DNA from: Dehalococcoidia bacterium | Lineage (GTDB): Bacteria; Chloroflexota; Dehalococcoidia; Lucifugimonadales; Lucifugimonadaceae | DNA length: 53,424 nucleotides | NCBI GenBank assembly: GCA_002723375.1 | Contig: PBNX01000013.1 | Location: 1 to 53,424 of the forward strand | Direction of reading: 5' to 3' | Shown here: positions 44,569 through 53,424 of the stretch, one piece after another | Layout: every line of letters starts with the position of its first letter | Position numbering within the stretch: position 1 is the stretch's first letter | Made by a program: the position numbers and the translations under genes | Notes under the pieces: model-generated | What the model was told of the DNA's origin: nothing | Seen by the model: the letters and a program-made list of their open reading frames with translations, nothing else | Database searches by the model: none

Positions 44569-45727
44569 TGCATTCATTTTAATTTTTTCTATCCTTGTAT
44601 TTATTTCTGGGCAAGAAAATTTTTTAGTTGCTGATCATCTAGAAATGTACGATGGTGAAATTAATCTTAATGGCACTATCATAAATGGAACAGATAAAAA
44701 TAAGGTAACTGAATATACTATTAAGCTTATGGGAACCCAGAATTCTTCTACAGAATTGATCGAGGTTGATTCACTAAAAACTTTTAATGAGTTTAAATTT
44801 TCTAATTTTAAAATTGATGAATCATTCACATATTTTTTAATGATTAGTCATGAAGAAATCCCAACAATAGTTTTTTTAGAAGAAATTGATGATCAATATG
44901 AAATAGAAATAATTGTATATGATAGGGAATTTGTACCAGAAAATATTTCTGTAATAGATTATTCAATAATGATTCCTCATTTATCGCCTGATTCTAATGT
45001 AATTTCTATATTAGGACTTATATCTTTTGAAAATACGGGGGACAAAACTTTTTATGCAGATCTATCTGACCCAAATTTATCAGGATTAAATTTATTAAGA
45101 TTTAGTCTGCCTGAAAATTTTGAAAATCTATCAGTAGATAGCGATTTGCCGCCAGGAAATGTTATGCAAATACCAACTGGGTTTGCTCTATCAAATCCTG
45201 TGCCTCCTGGTCAACATCAGATTCTATATTCTTATTCTATGCCAAGAAATACTACGGCATTAAACTACAATGTTCGACTTCCTTTTGGAGCTAAAAAATT
45301 TAAATTATTAGCACCAGAAAAAACAGAAATAAATAATAATGAAATATTAACTAAGGAAGCAACTAAAGTAGATGAAAAAAAATATGAAGTCCTTAGTGGC
45401 GATGATATAAAAAAGGGAGATATATTAAATATAGAGATTAATAAGATAGCAACTCCAAGTATTTTTTCAAAATTCTCATACTTTGTTGAAAAAAATACTA
45501 TATCTGTATTAATTGGAAGTTCATCTGCATTAATTTTATTTATTTTGGGTGTTTTTGCTATATACAAAAACTCTTTACTTAATAAAAATAGCACAAACAA
45601 TATTGATGAAGTTTTAATTTCAAAAATTATAGATTTAGATGAGAGATTTAAGAAAAATAATATAAACGAAGAAGAATACAATATTTTAAGGAAAAGCTAT
45701 AAAGAAAGAATTAAAGGGAAATTTTGA
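44552..45727 (+). CDS. Hypothetical exported, C-terminally anchored protein embedded in the ccm cluster
   Basis: Signal peptide, about 300 aa of beta-rich ectodomain, a TM helix (VLIGSSSALILFILGVFAIY), and a short cytoplasmic SHOCT-like tail (NINEEEYNILRKSY). Confidence 0.6.
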   Translation: MKIKNNAFILIFSILVFISGQENFLVADHLEMYDGEINLNGTIINGTDKNKVTEYTIKLMGTQNSSTELIEVDSLKTFNEFKFSNFKIDESFTYFLMISHEEIPTIVFLEEIDDQYEIEIIVYDREFVPENISVIDYSIMIPHLSPDSNVISILGLISFENTGDKTFYADLSDPNLSGLNLLRFSLPENFENLSVDSDLPPGNVMQIPTGFALSNPVPPGQHQILYSYSMPRNTTALNYNVRLPFGAKKFKLLAPEKTEINNNEILTKEATKVDEKKYEVLSGDDIKKGDILNIEINKIATPSIFSKFSYFVEKNTISVLIGSSSALILFILGVFAIYKNSLLNKNSTNNIDEVLISKIIDLDERFKKNNINEEEYNILRKSYKERIKGKF

Positions 45728-46272
45728 ATAAATTATTAGCATCTTCAGTTGCATTAATTATTATAGGCTTTTTTATAATTATAATAATCTCAACTATCAA
45801 TACTGGAGGGCAACAAGGAAGACCTGGTTTGAATGAAGTTTCAGGTGAAGTTTCTTTAAATTTTAATAAATTTAAGCCTATAGAAGGCGATGATATATAT
45901 GGAAACAAATTAACTGAGCAACTAATAGATGAAGAATTATTAGTTATAGACTTTTGGGCATCTTGGTGCCCACCTTGCATCCAAGAAGCAAAGGTTCTTT
46001 CAGATTCATATAAATACTGGAAGGATAGAAATGTAAGATTTATAGGAATCGCTCTTTGGGATAATGATAAATCTATAAAAAGTTTTGTTGAAAAATATGA
46101 TTTCCAATACGATGTAACACTGGATAAAGATGGGAAGCATGCAATTAACTATGGAGTTAAAGCATTGCCTGAAAAATTTTTTATTAATAAAAAGGGAGAT
46201 ATAGTAAAAAAATATATAGGTCCAATAGATAAAGAATCCCTTGATAAAATTATTGAGGAAACATTAGATTAA
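45724..46272 (+). CDS. ccmG: Membrane-anchored thiol:disulfide oxidoreductase, CcmG/DsbE/TlpA family
   Basis: N-terminal TM and a thioredoxin fold with FWASWCPPC. Confidence 0.85.
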   Translation: MNKLLASSVALIIIGFFIIIIISTINTGGQQGRPGLNEVSGEVSLNFNKFKPIEGDDIYGNKLTEQLIDEELLVIDFWASWCPPCIQEAKVLSDSYKYWKDRNVRFIGIALWDNDKSIKSFVEKYDFQYDVTLDKDGKHAINYGVKALPEKFFINKKGDIVKKYIGPIDKESLDKIIEETLD

Positions 46273-46274
46273 AA

Positions 46275-46655
46275 ATGTACTTAGATAAATTTAAAATTAA
46301 AGATCAATTATGTGAATTTGATATTGAATTAAACGAAGAGTATATTTTTGACTATTACAATTCATGCGGGATTAATTTTCATGATTATCAATATGTATTC
46401 CCTACTGAATTGGCTACACTTTCTTTAAAATATTTTCTTGAAAAATTTCCTATTCCAAATGGATCTATACACACATCTCAAGAAATTGAAATAACTACCC
46501 CTATAAAAATAGGAAGCAAATTAACTTGCAGAGCTTTCCTAGATTCTATTAAAGAAATAAGAGGCAGAGGGATAGTTATAGTAAATATTAAATACACTAA
46601 ATCAAAAAAAATATTAGGTCACGCTAATGCAACATTACTAGTCCCATTATCATGA
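46275..46655 (+). CDS. Hotdog-fold protein, the non-catalytic (HadA-like) partner of a split MaoC-type dehydratase
   Basis: 126 aa, overlaps the next gene (ATGA), and lacks the D-x4-H catalytic box. The length and layout fit a hotdog fold. Confidence 0.5.
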   Translation: MYLDKFKIKDQLCEFDIELNEEYIFDYYNSCGINFHDYQYVFPTELATLSLKYFLEKFPIPNGSIHTSQEIEITTPIKIGSKLTCRAFLDSIKEIRGRGIVIVNIKYTKSKKILGHANATLLVPLS

Positions 46656-47047
46656 TAGAAGAAACAAAATTAAAGTCGGTAGAAAAAGTTATTACTAAAG
46701 AAATGGTAATAAATTATGCTAATACTTCTGGTGACCAAAATCCAATCCACATAGATGAAGAATATGCTAAAAATACCGATTTCAAAGGAACCATTGTTCA
46801 TGGAATGTTCCTGATATCCTCTATTTCAGAAATGCTAATTAAAAATATAGGTTTAAATTGGGCTAAATCAGGGAAGTTAAAAATAAAATTTAAAAATCCT
46901 TTAAGGGTAGGAGAATCAATTTCCACTAAAGGCAAAATAAGTAAAATTGTTAAAGATAATAATGGAACTTTGATAACTTGTGAAGTAATGTGTAGTGATA
47001 ATGATGGAAATGTACTTATTTCAGGAACTGCACATTGGAGTGAATAA
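46652..47047 (+). CDS. MaoC-like (R)-specific hydratase/dehydratase hotdog protein (HadB-like catalytic partner)
   Basis: Catalytic box SGDQNPIHIDEEYA and the GTIVHGM hydratase-2 motif. Confidence 0.8.
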   Translation: MIEETKLKSVEKVITKEMVINYANTSGDQNPIHIDEEYAKNTDFKGTIVHGMFLISSISEMLIKNIGLNWAKSGKLKIKFKNPLRVGESISTKGKISKIVKDNNGTLITCEVMCSDNDGNVLISGTAHWSE

Positions 47048-48033
47048 TGAAGATAGCTGTTGATGCAATGGGAGGCGATGCTCCTGTAAATAATATAGAC
47101 GGAGCAATAAAAGCTCTTAATGAAACTGAAATTGAAATACTTCTTGTCGGAGAGCCTAGGGAATTAGAAAAACTATTACATGATAAAGATTATAACAAAG
47201 ATAAATTATCAGTAATACCTTCCGAAGGTGCGATTCTTGATACAGAACAACCAGCTATGGCAGTAAAAAGGAAGCCAAATGCATCAATAAATGTGTGTTC
47301 TGGATTAGTAAAAAAAGGTATTGCAAATGGATTTATTAGTTCAGGAAATTCAGGGGCAACATTTGCATCTTCTGCGGGAATATTAGGTATGTTTGAGGGG
47401 TTAAGTAAACCATGTGTAGGTGGACCAATTTTTGGTTTTTCTCCAGAAACATTAATTTTAGATTTAGGTTTAAATGTAGACCCTACTCCAAAACAACTTA
47501 TAGATTTTGCAGCTTTAGGAATTAGTCAATCAAAAATATTATACAATATTGAAAACCCTACTGTTGGATTATTAAGTAATGGCTCTGAGTCAAATAAAGG
47601 GAATAAACTAGTCAAAGAGTCTTTTGAGTTATTTGAAAAATCTAGCCTTAATTTTTTTGGTAATGTGGAAGGGCATGACATAGCTACAGGTAAAGTGAAT
47701 GTTATTGTCTGTGATGGATTTACTGGAAATATTATTTTAAAAGCAATAGAAGGTATTGGGCATGTAATAAATCAATACATACAAGAAAATATTACAGACA
47801 ATAAGCATGAAAAAATAATTAATTCCATTTCAAAAAATACAAATATAATGAGAGAGTTTGGAGGTGGGCCAGTGATCGGTGTAAATGGAATTGCAATTGT
47901 TGCACATGGAGCTTCAAGCCCAACTGCAGTTTATAATGGAATTAAAACTATTTCATGGTTATCAAAAAAAGACTATATTAATCAATTAAAAAAAGAGCTA
48001 GAAGAAGTTAGGGGCAGTGTTAATAATGAATGA
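47047..48033 (+). CDS. plsX: Phosphate:acyl-ACP acyltransferase PlsX
   Basis: MKIAVDAMGGD, GNSGA, VCDGFTGNIILK and GIAIVAHGAS blocks. Confidence 0.93.
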   Translation: MKIAVDAMGGDAPVNNIDGAIKALNETEIEILLVGEPRELEKLLHDKDYNKDKLSVIPSEGAILDTEQPAMAVKRKPNASINVCSGLVKKGIANGFISSGNSGATFASSAGILGMFEGLSKPCVGGPIFGFSPETLILDLGLNVDPTPKQLIDFAALGISQSKILYNIENPTVGLLSNGSESNKGNKLVKESFELFEKSSLNFFGNVEGHDIATGKVNVIVCDGFTGNIILKAIEGIGHVINQYIQENITDNKHEKIINSISKNTNIMREFGGGPVIGVNGIAIVAHGASSPTAVYNGIKTISWLSKKDYINQLKKELEEVRGSVNNE

Positions 48034-48769
48034 CAAAAAAAGACATGCATTAATTACTGGGGCTTCAAGAGGTATTGGGGCTGCGATAGCATTGGAGTTA
48101 GCTAAAGCTGGGCATTCAGTAAGCGTTAACTACAATTCTCACTCTGATGATGCTGAAAGGGTAGTGAAAGATTTATTAAATATTGGGGTTGAGGCTAAAG
48201 CTGTTAAAGGTAACGTATCTGATAAAAAATCAGTTCAAGAAATGATTAAAAATGCTACAGATTCATTAGGGCCTGTGGATATCCTAGTGAACAATGCAGG
48301 AATAATTTCTGACAATTTAATTATGCGCATGAAAGATGAAGAGTTTGATAAAGTCATAGATACTAACCTTAAAGGTACTTACTATTGCACGAAAGAATGT
48401 ATTCCTTCTATGGTAAAACAAAGATGGGGAAGAGTAATAAATATAACATCAGTTGTTGGCATAAGAGGTAATATAGGTCAAACTAATTACTCAGCCTCTA
48501 AAGCAGCAATACATGGGTTTACCTACTCTTTGGCAAAAGAAGTTGCAACTAGAGGAGTAACAGTTAATGCAATAGCTCCTGGATATATTAAAACCGCAAC
48601 AGTAGATGTATTATCTGACAAACTTAAAGATCACATTATGACATGGATACCTATGAAGAGATTTGGAACACCTGACGAAATATCAGGAATGGTCGCTTTT
48701 ATGGCATCAGATAGAGCAAGATACATGACAGGAGAATTAGTGAAAATTGATGGCGGAATGGCAATTTAA
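48017..48769 (+). CDS. fabG: 3-oxoacyl-ACP reductase FabG
   Basis: TGASRGIG, NNAG and the YSASKAA catalytic triad region, with a C-terminal GG(M/L)A ending. The ATG at 48026 (MNDKK) is a likelier start than the GTG at 48017. Confidence 0.9.
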   Translation: MLIMNDKKRHALITGASRGIGAAIALELAKAGHSVSVNYNSHSDDAERVVKDLLNIGVEAKAVKGNVSDKKSVQEMIKNATDSLGPVDILVNNAGIISDNLIMRMKDEEFDKVIDTNLKGTYYCTKECIPSMVKQRWGRVINITSVVGIRGNIGQTNYSASKAAIHGFTYSLAKEVATRGVTVNAIAPGYIKTATVDVLSDKLKDHIMTWIPMKRFGTPDEISGMVAFMASDRARYMTGELVKIDGGMAI

Positions 48770-48775
48770 TTTGTT

Positions 48776-49528
48776 ATGAAAAGATTTAAAAATAAATTAT
48801 CTCTTATCACTGGAGGATCAAAAGGAATAGGAAAGGCTATATCTTTAGGATTAGCAGGAGAATCTAGTGATATCTTAATTACTTACTTTAGAGATAAAAA
48901 AAATGCTTTAAAAACCAAAGATGAAATTATTAAATTAGGGGTTAATTGTGACATTATAAAAATCAACCTTTCTGACATAAGTAGTGTTGAAGAAATGACA
49001 AATTACATTAAAGATAAATTTAAAAAGATTGATTTTTTAATCAATAATGCTGCTACTGGAATAAACAAGCCTTCAAAGAGTATAACCTCAAAACATTGGG
49101 ATTTTGTAATTAATACAAATTCTAAAGCTCCCTGGATTCTTATAAAGAATTTAAGTGAAATAATGCCAAGTGGAAGCTCAATAATAAATATATCAAGTTT
49201 AGGATCCAAAATTGTACTATCAAATTATTTTTCAGTAGGAGTATCAAAATCAGCACTTGAAACTATCACAAAATATTTATCAATAGAGTTGTCTGAAAAG
49301 GGTATTAAAGTTAATTCTATATCTCCAGGAATAATAAAAACTGATGCACTCAAATCTTTCCCTGAAGGTTCTGATGTAAGAAATATTGAAAACTATGACA
49401 CTCCTGCAGGAAAACCATTAGAAGCAAAGAATGTCAGTGATTTGGTTAATTTTTTATGTTCAGATGAGTCTGAAATGATTAGAGGTCAAAATATTACTAT
49501 AGATGGTGGACGATCTTTAACTACTTAG
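48776..49528 (+). CDS. fabL: Enoyl-ACP reductase, FabL-type SDR
   Basis: From memory, it is collinear with B. subtilis FabL across ISSLGS...NY..VGVSKSALE..TKYLSIELS..I.VN..SPG.I.TDALK.FP...TPAG...MIRGQ.I..DGGRSL. Confidence 0.8.
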   Translation: MKRFKNKLSLITGGSKGIGKAISLGLAGESSDILITYFRDKKNALKTKDEIIKLGVNCDIIKINLSDISSVEEMTNYIKDKFKKIDFLINNAATGINKPSKSITSKHWDFVINTNSKAPWILIKNLSEIMPSGSSIINISSLGSKIVLSNYFSVGVSKSALETITKYLSIELSEKGIKVNSISPGIIKTDALKSFPEGSDVRNIENYDTPAGKPLEAKNVSDLVNFLCSDESEMIRGQNITIDGGRSLTT

Positions 49529-50348
49529 TTAATATATTTTTTTTAACAACCGCAAGACAATAATCATCATCTGAAGAAGTAATATAACAACCTTTAGATG
49601 AGATAATGTTTATATCCTTTTTTTTATCAAGAATCATTAATTTCCGCTGAACCTTATCATATGTATCAAGTCTAGCTATAACTTCCTGTCCTATATAGCA
49701 ACCTTTATCGAAGTCAATCATGTGAGATATTCCAATTTCAAGAGGATTGTATAAGTTATTTACTTCTCTGCCACAAATAGGAATCATATTCTTTATTCGA
49801 AAAGAATTGAATTCACTTTCTTTCATTTGAAAAATATTCTGAGAATTCATATAAGATTCAATAAATTCAATACTCTTAGAATCATCATCTAAAATTAAAT
49901 TTATAACTTTGTGACCATTAAAGAATGAAGTAAGTGATAAAGTAATTTCAATATCTTCTAATTTCCTATTTATTATTTCATTTTTATTAATTTCACCAAA
50001 TATATTCAGATCTTTATTTTTATTTGCACTATATATCGAAATAATTTTCTTTTTTAGAGGACTACTAATTGATATATCTTCTTCAAAAGTAAACTTATCT
50101 ATCCAATTTAAAAGATTTTCATGATTTGAAGCATGAGAAATCATTAGGGTATATTTATTAGAATTCCATAAAGATACAATATCAATAAATTTACCATTCT
50201 CATTTGTGAATATTGAATCGGTAATTAAATTTTTTTGATTAGGTATATTATTTGTAGAAAGGCGATTGAATAAGTCAATAAAATCGTCCCCTTTTAGTTC
50301 AGTGACAACTAAATCATTTTGATAAATAAAGCTTAGATTATCATTCAT
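49521..50348 (-). CDS. ygfZ: YgfZ/CAF17 (GcvT-like) folate-binding Fe-S cluster maintenance protein
   Basis: Signature DKGCYIGQEVIARL. It lies immediately downstream of an A-type carrier gene. Confidence 0.75.
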   Translation of the reverse strand: MNDNLSFIYQNDLVVTELKGDDFIDLFNRLSTNNIPNQKNLITDSIFTNENGKFIDIVSLWNSNKYTLMISHASNHENLLNWIDKFTFEEDISISSPLKKKIISIYSANKNKDLNIFGEINKNEIINRKLEDIEITLSLTSFFNGHKVINLILDDDSKSIEFIESYMNSQNIFQMKESEFNSFRIKNMIPICGREVNNLYNPLEIGISHMIDFDKGCYIGQEVIARLDTYDKVQRKLMILDKKKDINIISSKGCYITSSDDDYCLAVVKKNILTK

Positions 50349-50696
50349 TTAAACAGAAAATGAAGTTCCGCACCCACATGATTTCTTTGCATTTGGATTA
50401 GAAAAGACAAACCCTTTTCCGTTCAGTCCATCAGAAAAATCTAAAGTTGTGCCTGCCAAAAAAATAAAAGATTTTTTTGGTATTCTGATCTCTACTCCAT
50501 GCTGATTAATTGTTTTTTCATCATCATCAATGGGGCTATCAATAATCTCAAGATCATAAGTTAGGCCAGAACATCCTCCTCCTTTAACTGCTACTTTTAA
50601 TGCAAAGGATTCAAGTCCATCTCTTTCAGCAAAAGATTTTACTTTTTCTGCAGCCTTAGTTGTTATTTCAATTGTATTTACAGGTACTTGATTCAT
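50349..50696 (-). CDS. A-type Fe-S cluster carrier (IscA/SufA/ErpA family)
   Basis: GGGCSG and C-terminal CGCGTSFSV cysteine ligands. 115 aa. Confidence 0.9.
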   Translation of the reverse strand: MNQVPVNTIEITTKAAEKVKSFAERDGLESFALKVAVKGGGCSGLTYDLEIIDSPIDDDEKTINQHGVEIRIPKKSFIFLAGTTLDFSDGLNGKGFVFSNPNAKKSCGCGTSFSV

Positions 50697-50771
50697 AGTT
50701 GTATTATAATTTTATTATACATTACTTTATATCTCTAATATTAGTTAAACTATACTTATAAAAGGAAAACA

Positions 50772-51344
50772 ATGGCTAAAATTTATACAAAAAATGGGGA
50801 TAAAGGGGATACAAGCCTATTTATGGGTGGAACTATATCAAAAAGTGACATCAGGGTTGATGCCTATGGGACAGTAGATGAGGTTGTCTCAACTTTAGGC
50901 TTTGCAAAAACTCAATGCAAAGAGTCAGAAGTATTGAAAATTGTTGATAAACTTCAATATTCTCTTTTCAAAATTGGAGCTGAATTATCTGTCAACAAGG
51001 ATAAATCTGTAAAAAAACCTAAAGAAATAATAAATACAATTGGCAAAAAAAATATTACTGAACTTGAAAAAAATATTGATTCAATTTTAAAAAAAATAGA
51101 TATTGGCAACGAATTTATAATGCCTGGAACCTCTTCAGGGTCTGCCTCATTAGATATGGCTAGAACAGTTATTCGAAGGCTGGAAAGGTCAATTGTAAAA
51201 CTTAATGAAGAAATAGGAATAGAAAATCAAAATATTATTATTTATATTAACAGAATGAGTGACTTATTATTTGTTTTAGCTAGGCTTGAAGACAGGGAAA
51301 AAAATACAAAAAAAATAAGAGGTATAAGAAAATCAAAAAAATGA
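50772..51344 (+). CDS. PduO-type ATP:cob(I)alamin adenosyltransferase
   Basis: IYTKNGDKGDTSL and VDAYGTVDE N-terminal signature, with a four-helix-bundle length. Confidence 0.88.
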   Translation: MAKIYTKNGDKGDTSLFMGGTISKSDIRVDAYGTVDEVVSTLGFAKTQCKESEVLKIVDKLQYSLFKIGAELSVNKDKSVKKPKEIINTIGKKNITELEKNIDSILKKIDIGNEFIMPGTSSGSASLDMARTVIRRLERSIVKLNEEIGIENQNIIIYINRMSDLLFVLARLEDREKNTKKIRGIRKSKK

Positions 51345-51976
51345 CAAATAATCCTAAAATTGGAATTATAAATCATAATTTTGCTAACTTACACAGTGTA
51401 AAAAAAGCACTTGATTATTTAAATTGCCCAAACAAAATCATAAATAATCCTAACGATATATCTAAAGAGATTGATGGTGTAATTCTTCCTGGAGTAGGCG
51501 CATTTGATGCAGCAATAGACTCTCTTCAAAAATCAAAATTTATAGAACCAATAAAATATATTGTTAGTACTGGAACCCCAATACTTGGAGTATGTTTGGG
51601 AATGCAACTATTATTCACGAATTCAGAAGAAGGTGAATTAAAGGGGCTTGATTTAATTAAAGGAAATGTAACAGAAATTATAAAAAAAGATAAAGATATG
51701 AAAATTCCTCACATGGGATGGAATTCTATAAAAATAAAATCTAACTCAATTTTGTTTACTAATATTAAAGTAGAAGAATATTTCTACTTTGTTCATGGGT
51801 ACAAATGCGAACCTAAAGATAAATCTATAATTACCTCTTCAGTAACATATGGTGATGAGATATGCTCATCAATTGAATATGAAAATATATTTGCAACTCA
51901 ATTTCACCCTGAAAAAAGCGGAGAAATAGGCTTGGAAATATATAAAAATTTTATTTCAAGAGTTTTAGCAAAATGA
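51341..51976 (+). CDS. hisH: Imidazole glycerol phosphate synthase, glutaminase subunit HisH
   Basis: Catalytic GVCLGMQLL and FATQFHPEKSG. Confidence 0.93.
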   Translation: MTNNPKIGIINHNFANLHSVKKALDYLNCPNKIINNPNDISKEIDGVILPGVGAFDAAIDSLQKSKFIEPIKYIVSTGTPILGVCLGMQLLFTNSEEGELKGLDLIKGNVTEIIKKDKDMKIPHMGWNSIKIKSNSILFTNIKVEEYFYFVHGYKCEPKDKSIITSSVTYGDEICSSIEYENIFATQFHPEKSGEIGLEIYKNFISRVLAK

Positions 51977-52686
51977 ATTTAATACCAGCAATAGATTTAA
52001 TAGATGGCGAAGTTGTGAGGTTGTTTAAAGGAGATTATTCAAAAAAAACTGTATATGACATTGATCCTATTGAATTAACTGAACAATGGGATGAAATAGG
52101 AATAAAAAAAATACATATAGTTGATTTACAAGGAGCTAAAACAGGAAATCAAAAAAATTTAGAAACAATAAAAAGCATAATAAAGTTTACAAATTTAAAA
52201 ATTCAGATAGGAGGAGGAATAAGGGATCTTTCTATATGTAAAAAAATGATGGACCTAGGAGTATCAAAAGTAATATTTGGTACATCCGCCATAGAATCTC
52301 CAATAGAAGTAGAGAAATCTTTAAAAGAGTATGGGTATAACAGAATAATTGTTGGGGTAGACATTAAAAAAAATAAAATTAGAACTAATGGATGGGAAAA
52401 AGAATCTTCACTAAGTCCAGAAAAACTAATCGATAATATGAATAAAATTGGAATAAAAGAATTTATGTTTACAGATGTAGAAAAAGACGGGACACTTTCA
52501 AATCCTGATTTTTCTTTCTTAAAAAATTTATTTGATAAAGCTGGTAATAGAACTATAGTTGCAGGTGGAATATCAAAAATTGATCATATTAGAAAACTAA
52601 AGAATTATGGAATCAAAAATGTAGTGATTGGGAAAGCAATTTACGAAGGCCAAATTAATCTCAGGGTTGCTTTGCAAAATGTTTAG
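51973..52686 (+). CDS. hisA: ProFAR isomerase HisA
   Basis: LIPAIDLIDGEVVRL.KGDY and a (beta/alpha)8 layout, positioned between hisH and hisF. Confidence 0.92.
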   Translation: MNLIPAIDLIDGEVVRLFKGDYSKKTVYDIDPIELTEQWDEIGIKKIHIVDLQGAKTGNQKNLETIKSIIKFTNLKIQIGGGIRDLSICKKMMDLGVSKVIFGTSAIESPIEVEKSLKEYGYNRIIVGVDIKKNKIRTNGWEKESSLSPEKLIDNMNKIGIKEFMFTDVEKDGTLSNPDFSFLKNLFDKAGNRTIVAGGISKIDHIRKLKNYGIKNVVIGKAIYEGQINLRVALQNV

Positions 52687-52693
52687 GAGATAA

Positions 52694-53424
52694 ATGTTTA
52701 CAAAAAGAATAATTCCCTGCCTTGATATAGATAAAGGAAGGGTTGTTAAAGGAAAAAGTTTTATTAACTTAAAAGATGCGGGGGACCCAAAAACTTTATC
52801 TAAATTCTATAATGACGAGGGCGCAGATGAATTAGTATTTTTAGATATCACAGCTAGTCATGAAAATAGAAAAACAATTATTGATGTAGTTGAAAAAGTA
52901 TCCTCAGAAGTTTTTATACCACTCACAGTTGGAGGCGGCATAAGAAATATAAGCAACATATCTGAATTACTGTATGCAGGAGCAGATAAAGTTTCAATAA
53001 ATACTGCAGCAATAGAAAATCCAGATTTGATTCAAGATTCTGCAAGTAAATTTGGATCACAATGCATTGTTGTTGCGATTGATGCAAAAAGGGTTGACTC
53101 CAGTTGGAATGTTTTTACATATGGAGGCAGAAATGATACAGGCTTAGATGTTATTGAGTGGGCTAAAAAGTGTGTTGATAATGGTGCTGGAGAAATTCTA
53201 TTAACTAGCATGGATATGGATGGAAATAAAAAGGGTTACGATGTGGAACTTCTTTACGAGGTTTCAAGTAAAGTAAGTGTTCCTGTTATTGCAAGTGGTG
53301 GAGCTGGAAAAATTGAGGATCTATATGATGCAATTATTATTGGTTCGTCTGATGCAGTTTTAGCAGCTTCAATATTCCATTATGGCGAAATTAGCATTAA
53401 AGAAGTTAAGCAATTTTTTAAGTC
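52694..53424 (+). CDS. hisF: Imidazole glycerol phosphate synthase cyclase subunit HisF; 3' end runs off the window
   Basis: Not in the ORF track because no stop is reached. The ATG at 52694 follows a GGAG RBS. Translation gives [20 protein letters not shown]...[11 protein letters not shown]...PLTVGGGI... Confidence 0.93.
   Translation, partial: MFTKRIIPCLDIDKGRVVKGKSFINLKDAGDPKTLSKFYNDEGADELVFLDITASHENRKTIIDVVEKVSSEVFIPLTVGGGIRNISNISELLYAGADKVSINTAAIENPDLIQDSASKFGSQCIVVAIDAKRVDSSWNVFTYGGRNDTGLDVIEWAKKCVDNGAGEILLTSMDMDGNKKGYDVELLYEVSSKVSVPVIASGGAGKIEDLYDAIIIGSSDAVLAASIFHYGEISIKEVKQFFK

Noticed and set aside
33651-46272. The ACIII-ccm block as a horizontally acquired island, because it looks less AT-rich by eye.
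   Set aside because: No flanking tRNA, integrase, direct repeats or transposase is present. The higher G+C content is expected for conserved polytopic and heme-binding proteins. Composition was not computed, so no claim is made.
3695-49209. About 33 short ORFs (60-150 aa) in the six-frame track that lie inside or antisense to larger genes. They are 3695-3901, 5222-5404, 8014-8196, 8036-8245, 13234-13461, 19646-19876, 20771-20968, 22834-23040, 24522-24758, 24890-25114 and 25337-25588. Also 25732-26184, 27305-27538, 27900-28115, 31286-31516, 32704-33024, 34207-34398, 36231-36455, 36799-37020, 36918-37118, 37067-37252 and 37538-37738. Also 37848-38072, 40939-41145, 41488-41715, 41606-41824, 42553-42789, 43165-43392, 43474-43806, 44635-44829, 45265-45681, 45711-45980 and 49003-49209.
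   Set aside because: Each is fully or almost fully embedded in a gene with strong family motifs on the other strand or in another frame. Their translations are low-complexity, have no recognisable motifs and lack RBS context. They are typical shadow ORFs of AT-rich DNA.
1-53424. Defence systems (restriction-modification, CRISPR-Cas, toxin-antitoxin, abortive infection, retrons), prophage or transposable elements.
   Set aside because: No nuclease, methylase, Cas, reverse transcriptase, integrase, transposase or phage structural signatures were seen in any of the translated ORFs. No spacer-containing repeat arrays were seen in the DNA. The window reads as core metabolic and housekeeping genome.

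Overview
This 53.4 kb window is AT-rich and very densely coded, with many start/stop overlaps, which suggests a streamlined, probably marine, free-living bacterium. The SufU-type suf operon, ClpC, FabL, YvcK and a split HadAB-like dehydratase hint at a monoderm lineage such as Chloroflexota, but that assignment is tentative. I found no rRNA, tRNA, CRISPR array, transposase, integrase or recognisable defence genes.

Gene content from left to right:
- An orphan ParB-like gene, bcp, a cytoplasmic Cys-type sulfatase, an RDD protein and an HpcH-type aldolase.
- sufBCDSU.
- gatB-yvcK-secG.
- cysS, whose frame is broken by one nucleotide in an A9 tract.
- ispDF and clpC.
- A translationally coupled isoprenoid/squalene operon: polyprenyl synthase, an unknown 215-aa ORF, hpnC-like and hpnE-like, with no hpnD.
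- sodX and sodN (Ni-SOD), divergently arranged.
- An 11.5 kb, 14-gene unidirectional minus-strand array: a Tat-signal micro-ORF, 2-oxoacid dehydrogenase E1 alpha/beta, Gfo/Idh/MocA, pxpABC, oadG-BCCP-oadB, a DHDPS-family aldolase, a TSUP/TauE permease, a ThDP enzyme and a cupin.
- An alternative complex III operon with split ActB and two NrfD-like subunits, running directly into ccmH-ccmF-(two unknowns)-ccmG.
- A FAS-II block: split hotdog dehydratase, plsX, fabG and fabL.
- ygfZ-iscA, a PduO-type adenosyltransferase, and hisH-hisA-hisF (hisF runs off the window).

The most unusual signal is the Na+-translocating decarboxylase membrane module (OadG, biotin carrier, OadB). It has no canonical carboxyltransferase and sits directly next to PxpA/B/C, whose B and C subunits carry the urea-carboxylase-type carboxyltransferase domains. 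All functional calls come from reading motifs in the supplied translations. No database search was run.
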